Source: Candidatus Iainarchaeum sp.
Lineage (GTDB): Archaea > Iainarchaeota > Iainarchaeia > Iainarchaeales > GCA-2688035
Direction of reading: 5' to 3'
DNA: 64,000 nt
Assembly (NCBI GenBank): GCA_017610175.1
Contig: JAFCCO010000002.1
Coordinates: forward strand, 46,706 to 110,705
This document shows, piece by piece, positions 29,221-39,994 of this stretch. The first letter of the stretch is position 1. The number at the start of each line of letters is the position of its first letter. The translations under genes were made by a program, and so were the position numbers. A model generated the notes under the pieces. The model did no database searches. It saw only the letters and a list, made by a program, of their open reading frames with translations, and was not told the DNA's origin.

Positions 29221-30073
29221 AAAACTCCCCTGCTAAATAACTGCTTCTGACCAGCGGCCCTGAGGCTACAAAGCCAAACTCCTTTTCAAGCCCGATATGC
29301 TTCAACTCCTCAAACACACTGGGTTTAACATATTCCTGAACCAAAATGTTTTTCTTTGTAGGCTGTAGGTACTGCCCAATGGTTAGAAAGTCGCATTTTA
29401 CACCCCTCAAATCATCCATTGCGGCAAGAACCTCCTCCCTTGATTCGCCCAATCCAAGCATTAGCCCGCTTTTTGTTTTCATTTCAGGGTCAAGCACCTT
29501 AATATTATGTAGAAGCCCAAGGCTTTGTTTGTATGAGGCCCGTGCATCCCGCACACTGCTCTGCAATCTTTCAACTACTTCAATATTGTGTGCAATAACT
29601 TCGGGGTTTGCATCAACAACTTTCTTGAGGCAATCAATTTTACCCTGAAAATCGGGAATCAGAACCTCCACTTTAATTCCCCTTGCCTTAACTTCCTTAA
29701 TGCACTCTGCAAAATGCCCTGCCCCCAAATCACTCAAGTCATCCCTGTCCACTGAAGTAATGACCACATACTTCAGCCCCATTTGTTCGGCGGCATCTGC
29801 AATCTTTGCAGGCTCTTTTCTGTCAAGCGGTTCCCCGTTCTTTCCGGACTGCACCGCGCAAAAAAGGCAGTTTCTTGTGCACACTTTTCCCATTGCGATG
29901 AATGTTGCGGTTCCGTGCTTCCAGCACTCACCTCTGTTTGGGCAGCGTGCTTCGCTGCACACTGTATTGAGTGCGTTTCCCTTTAGCTGTGTCGCAACCA
30001 GCGAGGTTTTTCCGCCGGAGGGAATAATTGCCCTGAGCCAGTCAGGTTTTCTCGCCTGCAATGCACCCACCAA
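29198..30073 (-). CDS. lipA: Lipoyl synthase
   Basis: CSEARCPNRGEC, CTRNCLFC, RSSY. Confidence 0.97.
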   Translation of the reverse strand: MVGALQARKPDWLRAIIPSGGKTSLVATQLKGNALNTVCSEARCPNRGECWKHGTATFIAMGKVCTRNCLFCAVQSGKNGEPLDRKEPAKIADAAEQMGLKYVVITSVDRDDLSDLGAGHFAECIKEVKARGIKVEVLIPDFQGKIDCLKKVVDANPEVIAHNIEVVERLQSSVRDARASYKQSLGLLHNIKVLDPEMKTKSGLMLGLGESREEVLAAMDDLRGVKCDFLTIGQYLQPTKKNILVQEYVKPSVFEELKHIGLEKEFGFVASGPLVRSSYLAGEFYEGRSNI

Positions 30074-31403
30074 TTCCTTTTAGGAATCCCTTGAATTCAC
30101 AGTATTTGTTTGCAATGGTTTCAAACTTTTCCTGCTTGTCAAAAACAGCCCTAATGCAGTCGGCCGGCTCCGGATCTTTTCCGGTGATTTTTTTCACGGT
30201 TTCCGGGAACTTGCTTGGGTGTGCGGTTTCAATTGAAACATTCAGCCCTGAATCGTTTTCCTTCAGAAATTTCTGCAGGCCGTTCCACGCAACAGCTCCG
30301 TGCGGCTCCAAAAGCAATTTGGACTTGAAGGCTTCCTTCATTGTTTCAATTGTTTCATCATCCGAAACGCTAAGTGAGTAAATGTCATTGTTCATCGAGG
30401 TTATCTTTGGAACCCCCTCTAGCTTTCCTGTTTCATCCATCCAGCCGTGGTAGAGGTTTACAATGCGTGTAAGGTTGCTTGGGTGCCCCACGTTCATGCT
30501 GTTGGAGAGGCAGTTCTTTGAGGGAACAACCTTTTCATAGAATCCGCGCTCCAAAAATCTTGGGAACTCATCGTTTTCGTTTGTTGCAATAACAAACTTT
30601 TTCACAGGCAGGCCCATTCTCTTTGCAATAATTCCCGCACATGAATTTCCCAAATTTCCGCTCGGGACCGAGAACACAATTTCGTCCCCTGCGTTCTGCG
30701 CAAGCTTTGCGTACGCGTAAAAGTAATACACACTTTGCGGAAGCAGTCTCCCTATATTAATGCTGTTTGCCGAGCTAAGTTTCATGTCCTCAAGCTCTGC
30801 ATCTGAAAAAGCCTCCTTCACAATTGCCTGGCAGTCGTCAAACTTTCCCTGCACAGCCAGCGCCGTTATATTTTCCCCAAGCGTGGTCATCTGCTTTCTC
30901 TGCAGCTGGCTAACCTCTTTCTCCGGGAAGAGCACAACGACGTTAATATTTTCCATCTTGTGGAATGCGTTTGCCACAGCGCTTCCTGTGTCACCGCTTG
31001 TTGCCACAAGAATGTTTGCGTGCTCTTTTTTCTGCTTAAGGGTATAATCCATTAATCTGGCCATTAGCCTTGCCGCAAAGTCCTTGAATGAGGCGGTTGG
31101 ACCGCGGTCAAGACGCATTACATAGTTTCCGTCTGAAACTTTTTCAAGCGGAACCTCAAAATTGTATGCCTGCTCGCACATTTCCTTGAGCTTGTCCTCA
31201 GGAATGTCTCCTTCAAGAAGCCTTTTCATTACTTCGAAAGCAATTTCGGCGTAAGTTTTTCCCTTCCAGGAAATAATCTCTTCCGCACTTACATTGGGAA
31301 AGTTTTCAGGCAGGTAAAGTCCCCTGTCCGGTGCAATTCCGTGAAGAAGCGCCTCGTCAAAGGAAACCATTTCGGATTTCCTGTTTGTGCTGTAGTACTT
31401 CAT
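30042..31403 (-). CDS. thrC: Threonine synthase (bacterial-type)
   Basis: [40 protein letters not shown]. Confidence 0.95.
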   Translation of the reverse strand: MKYYSTNRKSEMVSFDEALLHGIAPDRGLYLPENFPNVSAEEIISWKGKTYAEIAFEVMKRLLEGDIPEDKLKEMCEQAYNFEVPLEKVSDGNYVMRLDRGPTASFKDFAARLMARLMDYTLKQKKEHANILVATSGDTGSAVANAFHKMENINVVVLFPEKEVSQLQRKQMTTLGENITALAVQGKFDDCQAIVKEAFSDAELEDMKLSSANSINIGRLLPQSVYYFYAYAKLAQNAGDEIVFSVPSGNLGNSCAGIIAKRMGLPVKKFVIATNENDEFPRFLERGFYEKVVPSKNCLSNSMNVGHPSNLTRIVNLYHGWMDETGKLEGVPKITSMNNDIYSLSVSDDETIETMKEAFKSKLLLEPHGAVAWNGLQKFLKENDSGLNVSIETAHPSKFPETVKKITGKDPEPADCIRAVFDKQEKFETIANKYCEFKGFLKGIGGCIAGEKT

Positions 31404-32731
31404 TCCTTCCACCTCAAATTCGGCTCTCTGGCTGCCTTTACAGCATCAAGCCTTTTTACAGGCATTGAGTGTGGTGCTTCCTTTACAAGCTCAGGCTGCT
31501 TCTCTGCCTCTTGCTTAATAGTAATCATTATGTCAACGAAGTTGTTAAGTGTTTCTCTGGTTTCGGTTTCAGTTGGCTCAATCATTATTGCACCCTTCAC
31601 AATCAGCGGGAAGTAAACCGTTGGCGGATGCACCCCGTAATCCAGAAGCCTTTTTGCGACATCGTTTGTTGTAACCCCGTTTGCAAGCCCTTCGTCGCTC
31701 AAAACAAACTCGTGCTGGCAAACCCTGTCAAATGCAAGCTTGTAATGGGGCTTAAGTTTTTCTTTCAAATAGTTTGCATTAAGCACGGCCACCTCTGCAA
31801 CTTCCCGCAAACCAACAGCCCCCAGTGCCTTAATGTAAGTGAATGCTTTCACCATGACCCCAAAGTTTCCGTAGAACGAGCGAACCTTTCCAATTGACTT
31901 TTTCCCCTTGGAATTGAACTCATAGTTCTCGCCGTTCTTTTCAATAAGTGGAACAGGCAGAAAGTCCACAAGCTCTTCCACAACCCCAACCGGCCCTGAG
32001 CCTGGGCCGCCCCCGCCGTGCGGAGTTGAAAAGGTCTTGTGCAGGTTCAAATGCATTATGTCAATTCCAAGCTCGCGGGGCCTGCAAATCCCAAGCATTG
32101 CATTCATGTTTGCACCGTCCCCGTAAACAAGCCCGCCCTTTGAGTGGACAATTTCACATACTTTCTCAATGTTTGTGTCAAACAGCCCAAGTGTGTTTGG
32201 GTTTGTAATCATTATTCCCGCAATCTTTTCATCCATCTTCTCCCTTAAATCCGCAAGGTCAACGTTTCCCTCCGAGTCTGACTTCAATTCTACGGCCTGG
32301 AAACCGCAGAGTGACACGCTTGCGGGGTTTGTTCCGTGTGCTGAATCCGGCACAAGAATTTTTTCGCGCTGCTCTCCTTTTTCTTGGAAGTGCGCCCGCA
32401 TAATCATTATTCCGGTCAGTTCCCCCTGTGCCCCTGCCGCCGGCTGCAGGCTGAATCTTGCAAACCCGGTAATTTCGCAGAGCATTTTCTCCAGCTTGTA
32501 CATCAGCTGCATTGCTCCCTGCACGGTTTTGGCCGGCTGAAGTGGGTGAATTCCTGTAAAGCCATCAAGCCTTGCGGTGTCCTCGCAAACCTTTGGGTTA
32601 TACTTCATGGTACAGCTTCCAAGCGGATAAAATCCAAGGTCTACCCCGAAGTTTCGCCTGCTTAAAGCGGTGTAGTGCCTTACAACCTCTACCTCGCTCA
32701 AATCCATTCCCTTGTCAAATATTGTTTTCAT
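31400..32731 (-). CDS. gcvPB: Glycine dehydrogenase subunit 2
   Basis: [36 protein letters not shown]. Confidence 0.97.
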   Translation of the reverse strand: MKTIFDKGMDLSEVEVVRHYTALSRRNFGVDLGFYPLGSCTMKYNPKVCEDTARLDGFTGIHPLQPAKTVQGAMQLMYKLEKMLCEITGFARFSLQPAAGAQGELTGIMIMRAHFQEKGEQREKILVPDSAHGTNPASVSLCGFQAVELKSDSEGNVDLADLREKMDEKIAGIMITNPNTLGLFDTNIEKVCEIVHSKGGLVYGDGANMNAMLGICRPRELGIDIMHLNLHKTFSTPHGGGGPGSGPVGVVEELVDFLPVPLIEKNGENYEFNSKGKKSIGKVRSFYGNFGVMVKAFTYIKALGAVGLREVAEVAVLNANYLKEKLKPHYKLAFDRVCQHEFVLSDEGLANGVTTNDVAKRLLDYGVHPPTVYFPLIVKGAIMIEPTETETRETLNNFVDIMITIKQEAEKQPELVKEAPHSMPVKRLDAVKAAREPNLRWKE

Positions 32732-34024
32732 TCACCCACCAATTGCCTCAATCAATTCGTCAATTTCTTTCATTGAATTCATTTCGGTAACCGCCACAAG
32801 CAGTTTGTTTTCCGAGAGGCTGTGCCCGAACACAATTCCTTTCTCAAGCAGCTTAGCCTGCAGTTCCTTTGCATTTTCCTTTTTCACAACAAATTCGTTG
32901 AAGAATTCCTTTCCGTAAGGAAGCTCAAACCCTTTTGCTTCAAGCTTTTCAGCGAGATACTCCGCATTCTGATGGTTTTGCTCTGCAATTTCCTTCAGCC
33001 CCTTCCACCCCACTGTTGAAAGGTAAACTGTTGAGGCAAGAGCGCAAAGCGCCTGGTTGCTGCAGATGTTGCTTCCTGCTTTTGCTCTCCTGATGTGCTG
33101 TTCCCTTGCCTGCATTGTAAGAATAAACCCGTCTTTTCCATCGCTGTCTGTTGTTTTTCCAACCAGCCTTCCGGGAATTTGCCTCACAAGCTTTTCCCTG
33201 CATGCAATTACTCCCGGGTGCGGCCCCCCAAAGCTCATTGGGTTTCCAAAACTCTGCGCTTCCATTGCAACAATGTCGGCACCGTACCCTGCGGGCTTTT
33301 CAATCGATGCAAGCGAAAGCGCTTCTGCTATTGCAACCACCAAAAGTGCGCCTTTCTCATGCACTTTTTTTCCCAACTCATTAAGCTTTTGAACGCGGCC
33401 CAAAAAGTCTGGATTCTGCACAATCACGCAGGCCGTTTCCTCATCAACGGCTTTCCCTGTTTCTTCAATCGCAACCTCTTTCAGTTCAAGGCTGTTTGCG
33501 TTTGCATAGGTTTTCAGAACGGCAAGGTATTCAGGGTTCAGTGCGCCTGCAACCACCATTTTTTTTCTTCTCGTTGCGGTCTTTGCCATCAGCATTGCTT
33601 CCGCGCACGCGCTTGCCCCGTCGTACATGCTTGCATTTGCAATATCCATTCCGGTCAGCAGGCATATGTGGCTTTGCCACTCGTATATTGCCTGCAGCAT
33701 TCCCTGGCTCATTTCAGGCTGGTAAGGTGTGTAAGCTGTATAGAATTCACTCCTCCCCACAATGGCTCCCACTGTTGCCGGAATGAAGTGGTTGTAGCAT
33801 CCCGCCCCCAAAAAGAGCTTTAGCTGCTTTGCGTTTTTGTTTTTGGATGCAAGTTCCTCAATTTCCTGCCTAAGCTGCATTTCGCTTAACGGCTTTCCAA
33901 GGTTTAGGTCCTGCTTCAGCTTTTTTTTTGCGGGAACATCTTTAAACAGTTCCTCAAAGGAGGAAACTCCCGCTTCTTTAAGCATCTCTTTCTTTTCAGA
34001 TTCGCTGTGTGGAATGAATTTCAT
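32732..34024 (-). CDS. gcvPA: Glycine dehydrogenase subunit 1
   Basis: YTAYTPYQPE, NASMYDGA, REQHIRR. Confidence 0.97.
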   Translation of the reverse strand: MKFIPHSESEKKEMLKEAGVSSFEELFKDVPAKKKLKQDLNLGKPLSEMQLRQEIEELASKNKNAKQLKLFLGAGCYNHFIPATVGAIVGRSEFYTAYTPYQPEMSQGMLQAIYEWQSHICLLTGMDIANASMYDGASACAEAMLMAKTATRRKKMVVAGALNPEYLAVLKTYANANSLELKEVAIEETGKAVDEETACVIVQNPDFLGRVQKLNELGKKVHEKGALLVVAIAEALSLASIEKPAGYGADIVAMEAQSFGNPMSFGGPHPGVIACREKLVRQIPGRLVGKTTDSDGKDGFILTMQAREQHIRRAKAGSNICSNQALCALASTVYLSTVGWKGLKEIAEQNHQNAEYLAEKLEAKGFELPYGKEFFNEFVVKKENAKELQAKLLEKGIVFGHSLSENKLLVAVTEMNSMKEIDELIEAIGG

Positions 34025-34033
34025 TGGTTTCGC

Positions 34034-34420
34034 CTAGTGTTCCAAGCTGTCAACGTACTCTGTGTATTCCTTTGCTTCAATTAACTGTTCCACTTCGCTT
34101 TTGTCCTTTATTTTGATTTTTGCAATCCACGCGTTGAAGGGTGAGTTGTTTAATTTTTCAGGCTGTGCCTCAAGCTTGCTGTTTGCCTCAACAACCTCGC
34201 CCGAAAGCGGTGCAAAAACATCAGTCACGCTTTTCACGCTTTCAAGAACGCAGAGCTGCTTGTCCTTTTCAACCTGCTTTCCAACTTCCGGAAGCTCTAC
34301 AAAAACTATGTCGGTTAGGGCGTGTTGTGCATAATCGGTTATTCCGACTGTGGCAATGTCCCCATCAATCTTAATCCATTCGTGCTCTTTTGTGTATTTC
34401 CTGTCCGCAGGGTTTTCCAT
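34034..34420 (-). CDS. gcvH: Glycine cleavage H protein
   Basis: YTKEHEW, GITDYAQ, ESVK lipoyl-Lys. Confidence 0.97.
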   Translation of the reverse strand: MENPADRKYTKEHEWIKIDGDIATVGITDYAQHALTDIVFVELPEVGKQVEKDKQLCVLESVKSVTDVFAPLSGEVVEANSKLEAQPEKLNNSPFNAWIAKIKIKDKSEVEQLIEAKEYTEYVDSLEH

Positions 34421-34422
34421 TT

Positions 34423-35511
34423 TTACTCCCTCCTGTAGAAAGGCCTTTTCACAACCTTGGCCTTGAATTTATTTCCCCTCACCTCAACCTCAATGCCCTG
34501 TCCTGGCTCTGAGAATTCGGCTCCAATATAACCAAGCCCTATGTTCTTTTTAAGGCTTGGTGAAAAGCTTCCTGAGGTAACAATTCCGCTTTCTTTCCCT
34601 TCAACAAAAATTTTGCATCCGTCCCTTGCAATCGCCCGCTCAACCATTTCAAACGCAATCAGCTTGCCCCCAAAGCCATCCGCTTTCTGCTTTTCAAGCG
34701 CTTTCTTCCCAATAAATTCTTCCTTTTCAAAGTCAACAGCCCAACCATAACCGCTCTGCAGCGGACTCTTTTTTTCACTCAATTCGTGCCCGTAAAGCGC
34801 CATGCAGCACTCCAGCCTCAGCGTGTCCCTTGAAGCAAGGCCGCAGGGCTGCAGTTCAAATTTCTTTCCTGCCTCAAGCAATGCATTCCACAATTCAACG
34901 GCCTTTTCCTCTGCAAAATACAGTTCAAACCCGTCTTCGCCCGTGTATCCGGAGCGCGACACAATTGACTCAATTCCCGCAATGCTTGCTTCAACAAAAT
35001 TGTAGCGTTCAATCCCGCTTAGTTTGAATTCAGTTAATTTTTGCAATATTTTCTCCGCGTTCGGCCCCTGCAGGTCAAGCTTTGCGGTTTTCCCGCTTTT
35101 GTTTTCAATTGCACAATCCATGCCTGCGGCGTGCTTTTCAATCCAGTTCAAATCGTTTTGCATTGTGCCCGCGTTAACTACAATCAAGTACTTTTCTTCG
35201 CTGAACCTGTAAACAATCAAATCATCAATTATCCCGCCGGCTTCATTGCACATCACGCCCAAAGCCATTCCGCCGTCCCTTAACTTTGAGCAATCCCTTG
35301 TCACAAGCAGTTGAATAAGTTTAAGTGCTTCCTTCCCTGTTACAAAGATTTCGCCCATGTGACTTACGTCAAACAGCCCAGCCTTTCCGCGCACGGCAAG
35401 GTGTTCCTTTAAGGGGGTAGAATAGTACACAGGCATTTCCCAGCCTGCAAAATCAACAATTTTGGCTCCGAGCCTCTGGTGCTCTTCGAACAAAGCGGTT
35501 TTTTGCCCCAC
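34423..35511 (-). CDS. gcvT: Glycine cleavage T protein
   Basis: FAGWEMP, FDVSHMG, GYTGEDGFE, RDTLRLE; start uncertain (35511 or 35526). Confidence 0.96.
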   Translation of the reverse strand: MGQKTALFEEHQRLGAKIVDFAGWEMPVYYSTPLKEHLAVRGKAGLFDVSHMGEIFVTGKEALKLIQLLVTRDCSKLRDGGMALGVMCNEAGGIIDDLIVYRFSEEKYLIVVNAGTMQNDLNWIEKHAAGMDCAIENKSGKTAKLDLQGPNAEKILQKLTEFKLSGIERYNFVEASIAGIESIVSRSGYTGEDGFELYFAEEKAVELWNALLEAGKKFELQPCGLASRDTLRLECCMALYGHELSEKKSPLQSGYGWAVDFEKEEFIGKKALEKQKADGFGGKLIAFEMVERAIARDGCKIFVEGKESGIVTSGSFSPSLKKNIGLGYIGAEFSEPGQGIEVEVRGNKFKAKVVKRPFYRRE

Positions 35512-35576
35512 ATCAAAGAGATACACCCAAGCTTTTTAATCCCTTTTGTCTTATTTGTGTTTATTGGGGGATTTGG

Positions 35577-37187
35577 TTGGTTGACTTAGTTCCAATTATC
35601 TTTGGAGTTGTAGGGGGATTAGCCCTTTTTCTTTACGGGATAACCCTGCTTAGCAATGGATTGCAGAAAGCTGCAGGCGAAAGGCTCCGTGGTTTAATTG
35701 AAAAGCTTACAAACAACCGCTTAAAGGCGGTTGGGGTTGGGGCGGTTGTTACCGCAATTGTTCAGAGCAGCAGCATTACAACAGTTACCCTTGTTGGCCT
35801 CATTAATGCGGGCTTAATTTCCTTAACGCAGGCAATTCCCATCATTATGGGTGCAAACATCGGTACAACGGTTACCGCGCAGCTGATTGCGTTCAAACTT
35901 GGCGGCTTTGCCCTGCCAATAATCGCAATCGGGTTCCTGATTACAACAATTGCCAAGAAACCGTCCTACAAGTATCTTGGGCAGATAATTCTTGGCTTTG
36001 GATTGCTTTTCCTCGGAATGTCCACAATGAGCTCCGGCATGAAACCATTGAGAAGCGACCCAATGATGCTTGATTTCCTGCAGTCCCTTGGAGCAGTTCC
36101 GCTATTTGGAATTGCAGCTGGGGCAATCTTTACTGCAATACTCCAAAGCAGCAGTGCAACATCGGGTTTGGTGATTGCAATGGCTTCAGAGCAATTGCTT
36201 GACCTCAACGGAGCAGTTGCATTAATAATCGGTGCAAATATCGGAACCTGCATCACAATTTTGTTTGCCTCATTTGGCGCAAGCCTCACAAGCAAGAGGG
36301 CTGCGCTGAGCCACATTATTTTCAACATTCTTGGCGCCGCAATTTTCTTTGCAGTTTTCGCGCCCTTTGTTTCGCTTGTTTCGCTCACCGCAACAGAGCT
36401 TCCAAGGCAGATTGCAAACGCGCACATGATTTTCAACATTTCCGCAACAGTCCTAATGGTTCCGTTTGTTGGCCTGTTTGTTAAGGCGGTCACAACAATT
36501 CTTCCCGGAAAGGAGATTAGGATTGATTCGGGAATTAGGTTCCTTGACAAGCGCACACTCAACACGCCTGCAATTGCACTGGGGCAGGCGGAGAAGGAGG
36601 CAAAGCGCATGGGAAAGCTTGCCCTGTCCACCCTTGAAGACAGCTTTGTTGCATTCAAGAACAATGATTTGCGGATGGTTAAGGTTGTGGAGAAAAAAGA
36701 GGACGCGGTTGATGAGTTGGACAACGCAATCGAGGCATTTTTAACAAAGGTTACCCAAAAGGAACTAAGCCGCGAGCAGTCAAAGAAAACGTCCGCGCTG
36801 GTTCACTCAATTTCCGACATGGAGAGAATCTCTGACCACGCAAACAACATTGGCGAGCTCTCTGAACTGAAAACCTGTGAAAAAATTGTGTTCTCCAAAC
36901 AGGCAATGTGTGAGCTTGAAGAGCTTTTTGCAAAAAGCTTTGATTCCTACCGCAAGGCTTTAAGTGTAATGGTTTCAAAGAACCCCCATGTTGCGGAACA
37001 GGTGTTTGCGCTTGAGCGCGAAATAGACGGGTTGACCGCACAATTTGAGCAAAACCACTTTGACAGGCTGAAGAACAGCAAGTGTGACCCAAAGGCAAGT
37101 GTTGTGTTTGCGGAAATGCTTCGCAATCTTGAAAGAATTTCCGATCACGCGCACAATATTGCAATGGCAAGCAGTCAGGGATTTTAA
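35577..37187 (+). CDS. Na/Pi cotransporter with PhoU domains
   Basis: Two QSSS and GANIGT repeats; two ERISDH PhoU motifs. Confidence 0.93.
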   Translation: MVDLVPIIFGVVGGLALFLYGITLLSNGLQKAAGERLRGLIEKLTNNRLKAVGVGAVVTAIVQSSSITTVTLVGLINAGLISLTQAIPIIMGANIGTTVTAQLIAFKLGGFALPIIAIGFLITTIAKKPSYKYLGQIILGFGLLFLGMSTMSSGMKPLRSDPMMLDFLQSLGAVPLFGIAAGAIFTAILQSSSATSGLVIAMASEQLLDLNGAVALIIGANIGTCITILFASFGASLTSKRAALSHIIFNILGAAIFFAVFAPFVSLVSLTATELPRQIANAHMIFNISATVLMVPFVGLFVKAVTTILPGKEIRIDSGIRFLDKRTLNTPAIALGQAEKEAKRMGKLALSTLEDSFVAFKNNDLRMVKVVEKKEDAVDELDNAIEAFLTKVTQKELSREQSKKTSALVHSISDMERISDHANNIGELSELKTCEKIVFSKQAMCELEELFAKSFDSYRKALSVMVSKNPHVAEQVFALEREIDGLTAQFEQNHFDRLKNSKCDPKASVVFAEMLRNLERISDHAHNIAMASSQGF

Positions 37188-37444
37188 GCGCTTTCCTGGA
37201 CGGCCTTCTCAATCTTTTCCCTGTCAAAACCCTCTACAATTGAGCCGTTTATGTCGAGGACTGGAAAGCTTACTTCAGTGCTTCCCTCTGTTCTAACGCT
37301 TCTTCGCTTTTCAATCATTTCCCTTGCCTTTGACTTGTCGGCCATTACATCAAATTCCTCGAATTCAACGTTCAGTCTCTTCAGCAAGGCCTTTGCGGCG
37401 CGGCATTTTGCGCAGTTTGGCATTGAATAAACAATTACTCCCAT
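37184..37444 (-). CDS. Glutaredoxin-like protein
   Basis: CAKC, FPVLDING, GFD. Confidence 0.88.
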   Translation of the reverse strand: MGVIVYSMPNCAKCRAAKALLKRLNVEFEEFDVMADKSKAREMIEKRRSVRTEGSTEVSFPVLDINGSIVEGFDREKIEKAVQESA

Positions 37445-37524
37445 AATCAATCCCCCTTTTGAGAAAACAAAACACCGAAACGAATTTATAGGTTACACAG
37501 TTTTCATTCTATTGGTGGGTCCAA

Positions 37525-38136
37525 TTGGTTCTTAAACTTGGAATTCTGGCTTCTACGCGCGGAACAGACATGCAGGCAGTAATTGACGCCATTGAGGCAA
37601 AAGAGCTTGATGCAGAGATTGCCTGCGTAATATCCAACAAAGAAGACTGCTTTGCGCTTGAGCGGGCAAAAAAGCACGGAATTGAGGCAATTTTCCTAAA
37701 CCCAAAGGAATTCGGCTCAAAAGAGGCGTATGATAAACAGGTTGTAAAACTTTTGAATGAAAGGGAAGTTGGGCTTGTGCTTCTTATAGGCTATAATAAG
37801 TTCCTTTCCGAGCCGTTCCTCAAAGCCTTTGAAAACAGGGCAATGAACATTCACCCGTCACTTCTTCCGGCTTTCAAGGGCTGGGACACAAACGTGCACC
37901 AGGAGGTTTTGGACGAGGGATGCAAGGTTTCGGGATGCTCGCTTTTCTTTGTGACAGAGGAGCCCGACGGGGGTCCGATTGTTGCACAAAAGGCTGTTGA
38001 GGTTGAAGAGGACGAGACAGTTGATTCACTGAAAGAGAAGGTTCAGAGGGCAGAGCAGGAAATAATTGTGAAGGGCGTAAGGCTTTTTGCAGAAGGGAAG
38101 TTGAAAGTTGATGGAAACAAGGTGAAGGTGGTTTAA
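37525..38136 (+). CDS. purN: Phosphoribosylglycinamide formyltransferase
   Basis: NIHPSLLPAFKG, D.GPIVAQ. Confidence 0.95.
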   Translation: MVLKLGILASTRGTDMQAVIDAIEAKELDAEIACVISNKEDCFALERAKKHGIEAIFLNPKEFGSKEAYDKQVVKLLNEREVGLVLLIGYNKFLSEPFLKAFENRAMNIHPSLLPAFKGWDTNVHQEVLDEGCKVSGCSLFFVTEEPDGGPIVAQKAVEVEEDETVDSLKEKVQRAEQEIIVKGVRLFAEGKLKVDGNKVKVV

Positions 38137-39686
38137 TGGCAAAGAAAAGGGCATTAATTTCGGTTTCGGACAAAACAGGGCTGGGAAAGCTTGCAAAGGT
38201 TCTTGAAAAGCACGGCTTTGAGATTATTTCAACAGGCGGAACCGCAAGGGCGATTGAAGAGTCCGGAGCAAAGGTAACCCCTGTTGAAAACGTAACCGAC
38301 TTCAAGGAAATGCTGGACGGGCGCGTTAAAACACTTCACCCAAAAATTCACGCAGGAATCCTCGCACTCAGGGACAGCAAAAAGCACATGACCCAGCTGG
38401 AGGAAGCAAACATTTTCCTAATCGACCTTGTGGTGGTAAATCTTTATCCATTCAGAAAAACAGTTGAGGGCGGAGCGCCGCTTGACGAAGTAATTGAAAA
38501 CATTGACATCGGCGGGCCGACTTTGATTCGCGCCGCAGCCAAGAATTTCCAGGATGTTGCGGTTGTTGTTCATCCTGACCAGTACAAGTTAATTGAGGAA
38601 GAGCTTGAGAAAAACAATGGCGAAATTTCCCAGAAAACAAGGCAGTTGCTTGCAGCCAAGGCATTTGAGCACACGGCCTACTATGACACAACAATCAACA
38701 CATTTCTGCACGGAAAGTTCAATCCGGACGAATTGTTCCCGGTTGACTTCAGTGTAAACTACCGCAAGGTAATGGATTTAAGGTACGGGGAGAACCCGCA
38801 CCAAAAGGCAGCGCTCTACAAGGAAAGTTTTGTACACAACCCAAGTGTTGCAACCGCAACAATTCTGAACGGAAAGCCGCTTTCGTTCAACAATATTTTT
38901 GATGCAAACGACGCAGTTGCAGTTGTTCAGGAGTTTGAGGAACCGGCAGCGTGCCTGATAAAGCACAACAATGCATGCGGTACAGCGGTTTCGGCCTCAC
39001 TTTCAGAGGCATTTGAGAAAGGGCACCAGTGCGATCCAAAGAGCGCGTTTGGTTCAATTATTGCATTGAACAGAAAATGCGATCTTGAAACCGCCAAGAA
39101 GATAACCTCCTTCTTCAACGAGCTGGTGCTTGCACCCTCCTACAATGAGGACGCGCTTGCAGAGCTTAAGAAAAAGCAGAACCTCCGTGTTCTGGAGCTT
39201 CCTGGAATCGACAAGCCACTGGAGCAGGAGGGCCTTGACTACAAAAAGGTTGAGGGCGCAATGCTTGCGCAAACAAAGGACTTCATTGACAAAAACGAGT
39301 TTGACCTGAACGTTGTTTCGGAGAAAAAGCCGACAAAGGAACAGATTAAGGACATGGTTTTTGCGTGGCGCATTGTAAAGCACATCAAAAGCAATGCAAT
39401 TGTTCTTGCAAAGGACCAGGCAACGGTTGGAATTGGGGCAGGGCAAATGTCCCGCGTTGACTCTGTTGAAATTGCGGTCAATAAGGCAGGAGGACGCGAG
39501 AAAGGGGCGGTTCTTGCTTCAGACGGCTTCTTTCCCTTCAGGGACAACATTGACATTGCGGCCGAGCACGGAATTGAGGCCATTATTGAGCCAGGCGGCT
39601 CGGTAAAGGACCAGAAAATAATCGATGCCGCAAACGAAAAGGGCTTGGTGCTTGTTTTTACGGGTGCAAGGCACTTCAAGCACTAA
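38136..39686 (+). CDS. purH: Bifunctional AICAR transformylase/IMP cyclohydrolase
   Basis: ALISVSDK, GRVKTLHP, RYGENPHQ, ASDGFFPF. Confidence 0.98.
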   Translation: MAKKRALISVSDKTGLGKLAKVLEKHGFEIISTGGTARAIEESGAKVTPVENVTDFKEMLDGRVKTLHPKIHAGILALRDSKKHMTQLEEANIFLIDLVVVNLYPFRKTVEGGAPLDEVIENIDIGGPTLIRAAAKNFQDVAVVVHPDQYKLIEEELEKNNGEISQKTRQLLAAKAFEHTAYYDTTINTFLHGKFNPDELFPVDFSVNYRKVMDLRYGENPHQKAALYKESFVHNPSVATATILNGKPLSFNNIFDANDAVAVVQEFEEPAACLIKHNNACGTAVSASLSEAFEKGHQCDPKSAFGSIIALNRKCDLETAKKITSFFNELVLAPSYNEDALAELKKKQNLRVLELPGIDKPLEQEGLDYKKVEGAMLAQTKDFIDKNEFDLNVVSEKKPTKEQIKDMVFAWRIVKHIKSNAIVLAKDQATVGIGAGQMSRVDSVEIAVNKAGGREKGAVLASDGFFPFRDNIDIAAEHGIEAIIEPGGSVKDQKIIDAANEKGLVLVFTGARHFKH

Positions 39687-39756
39687 AAGGCAATTCAGGC
39701 ATTGAAACACAATTCATAACATTTTAAAGCTTTCAATGCCACAAATATATCCAACT

Positions 39757-39893
39757 GCCGGCGTGGCGGAGCGGTCAAACGCGGTGGCCTTGAGGCACCC
39801 TTTCTTTGAAAGAAAGCGTGCACGGAAAGAATCCGTGGGTGCAAGTGAGCCATTTTCCGAAAGGAAGCACAGGTTCGAATCCTGTCGCCGGCG
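39757..39893 (+). tRNA. tRNA-Ser(TGA) with a 53-nt intron (39795-39847) at 37/38
   Basis: GCCGGCG/CGCCGGC+G, long variable arm, canonical BHB (helix CTTG/CAAG, bulges AGG and TGA). Confidence 0.93.
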
Positions 39894-39895
39894 AA

Positions 39896-39937
39896 CACCC
39901 TTTCTTTTGGGAAAAGAAAGCGTGTACGGAAAGAAAA
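39896..39937 (+). repeat. Second copy of the tRNA-Ser intron core
   Basis: CACCCTTTCTTTTGGGAAAAGAAAGCGTGTACGGAAAGAA vs 39796-39831 CACCCTTTCTTTGAAAGAAAGCGTGCACGGAAAGAA. Confidence 0.85.
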
Positions 39938-39994
39938 ATAGTTTCAAGAGAAAAAGAAAAGATAGGTTTCAAAAAGAAAATCTTTTTGAGAACT

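Noticed and set aside
35512-35576. Glycine riboswitch upstream of gcvT
   Set aside because: Only about 65 nt of divergent promoter; no aptamer
39757-39893. Selenocysteine or suppressor tRNA because of TGA
   Set aside because: TGA is the anticodon (reads UCA, Ser); acceptor stem, G73 and variable arm fit tRNA-Ser
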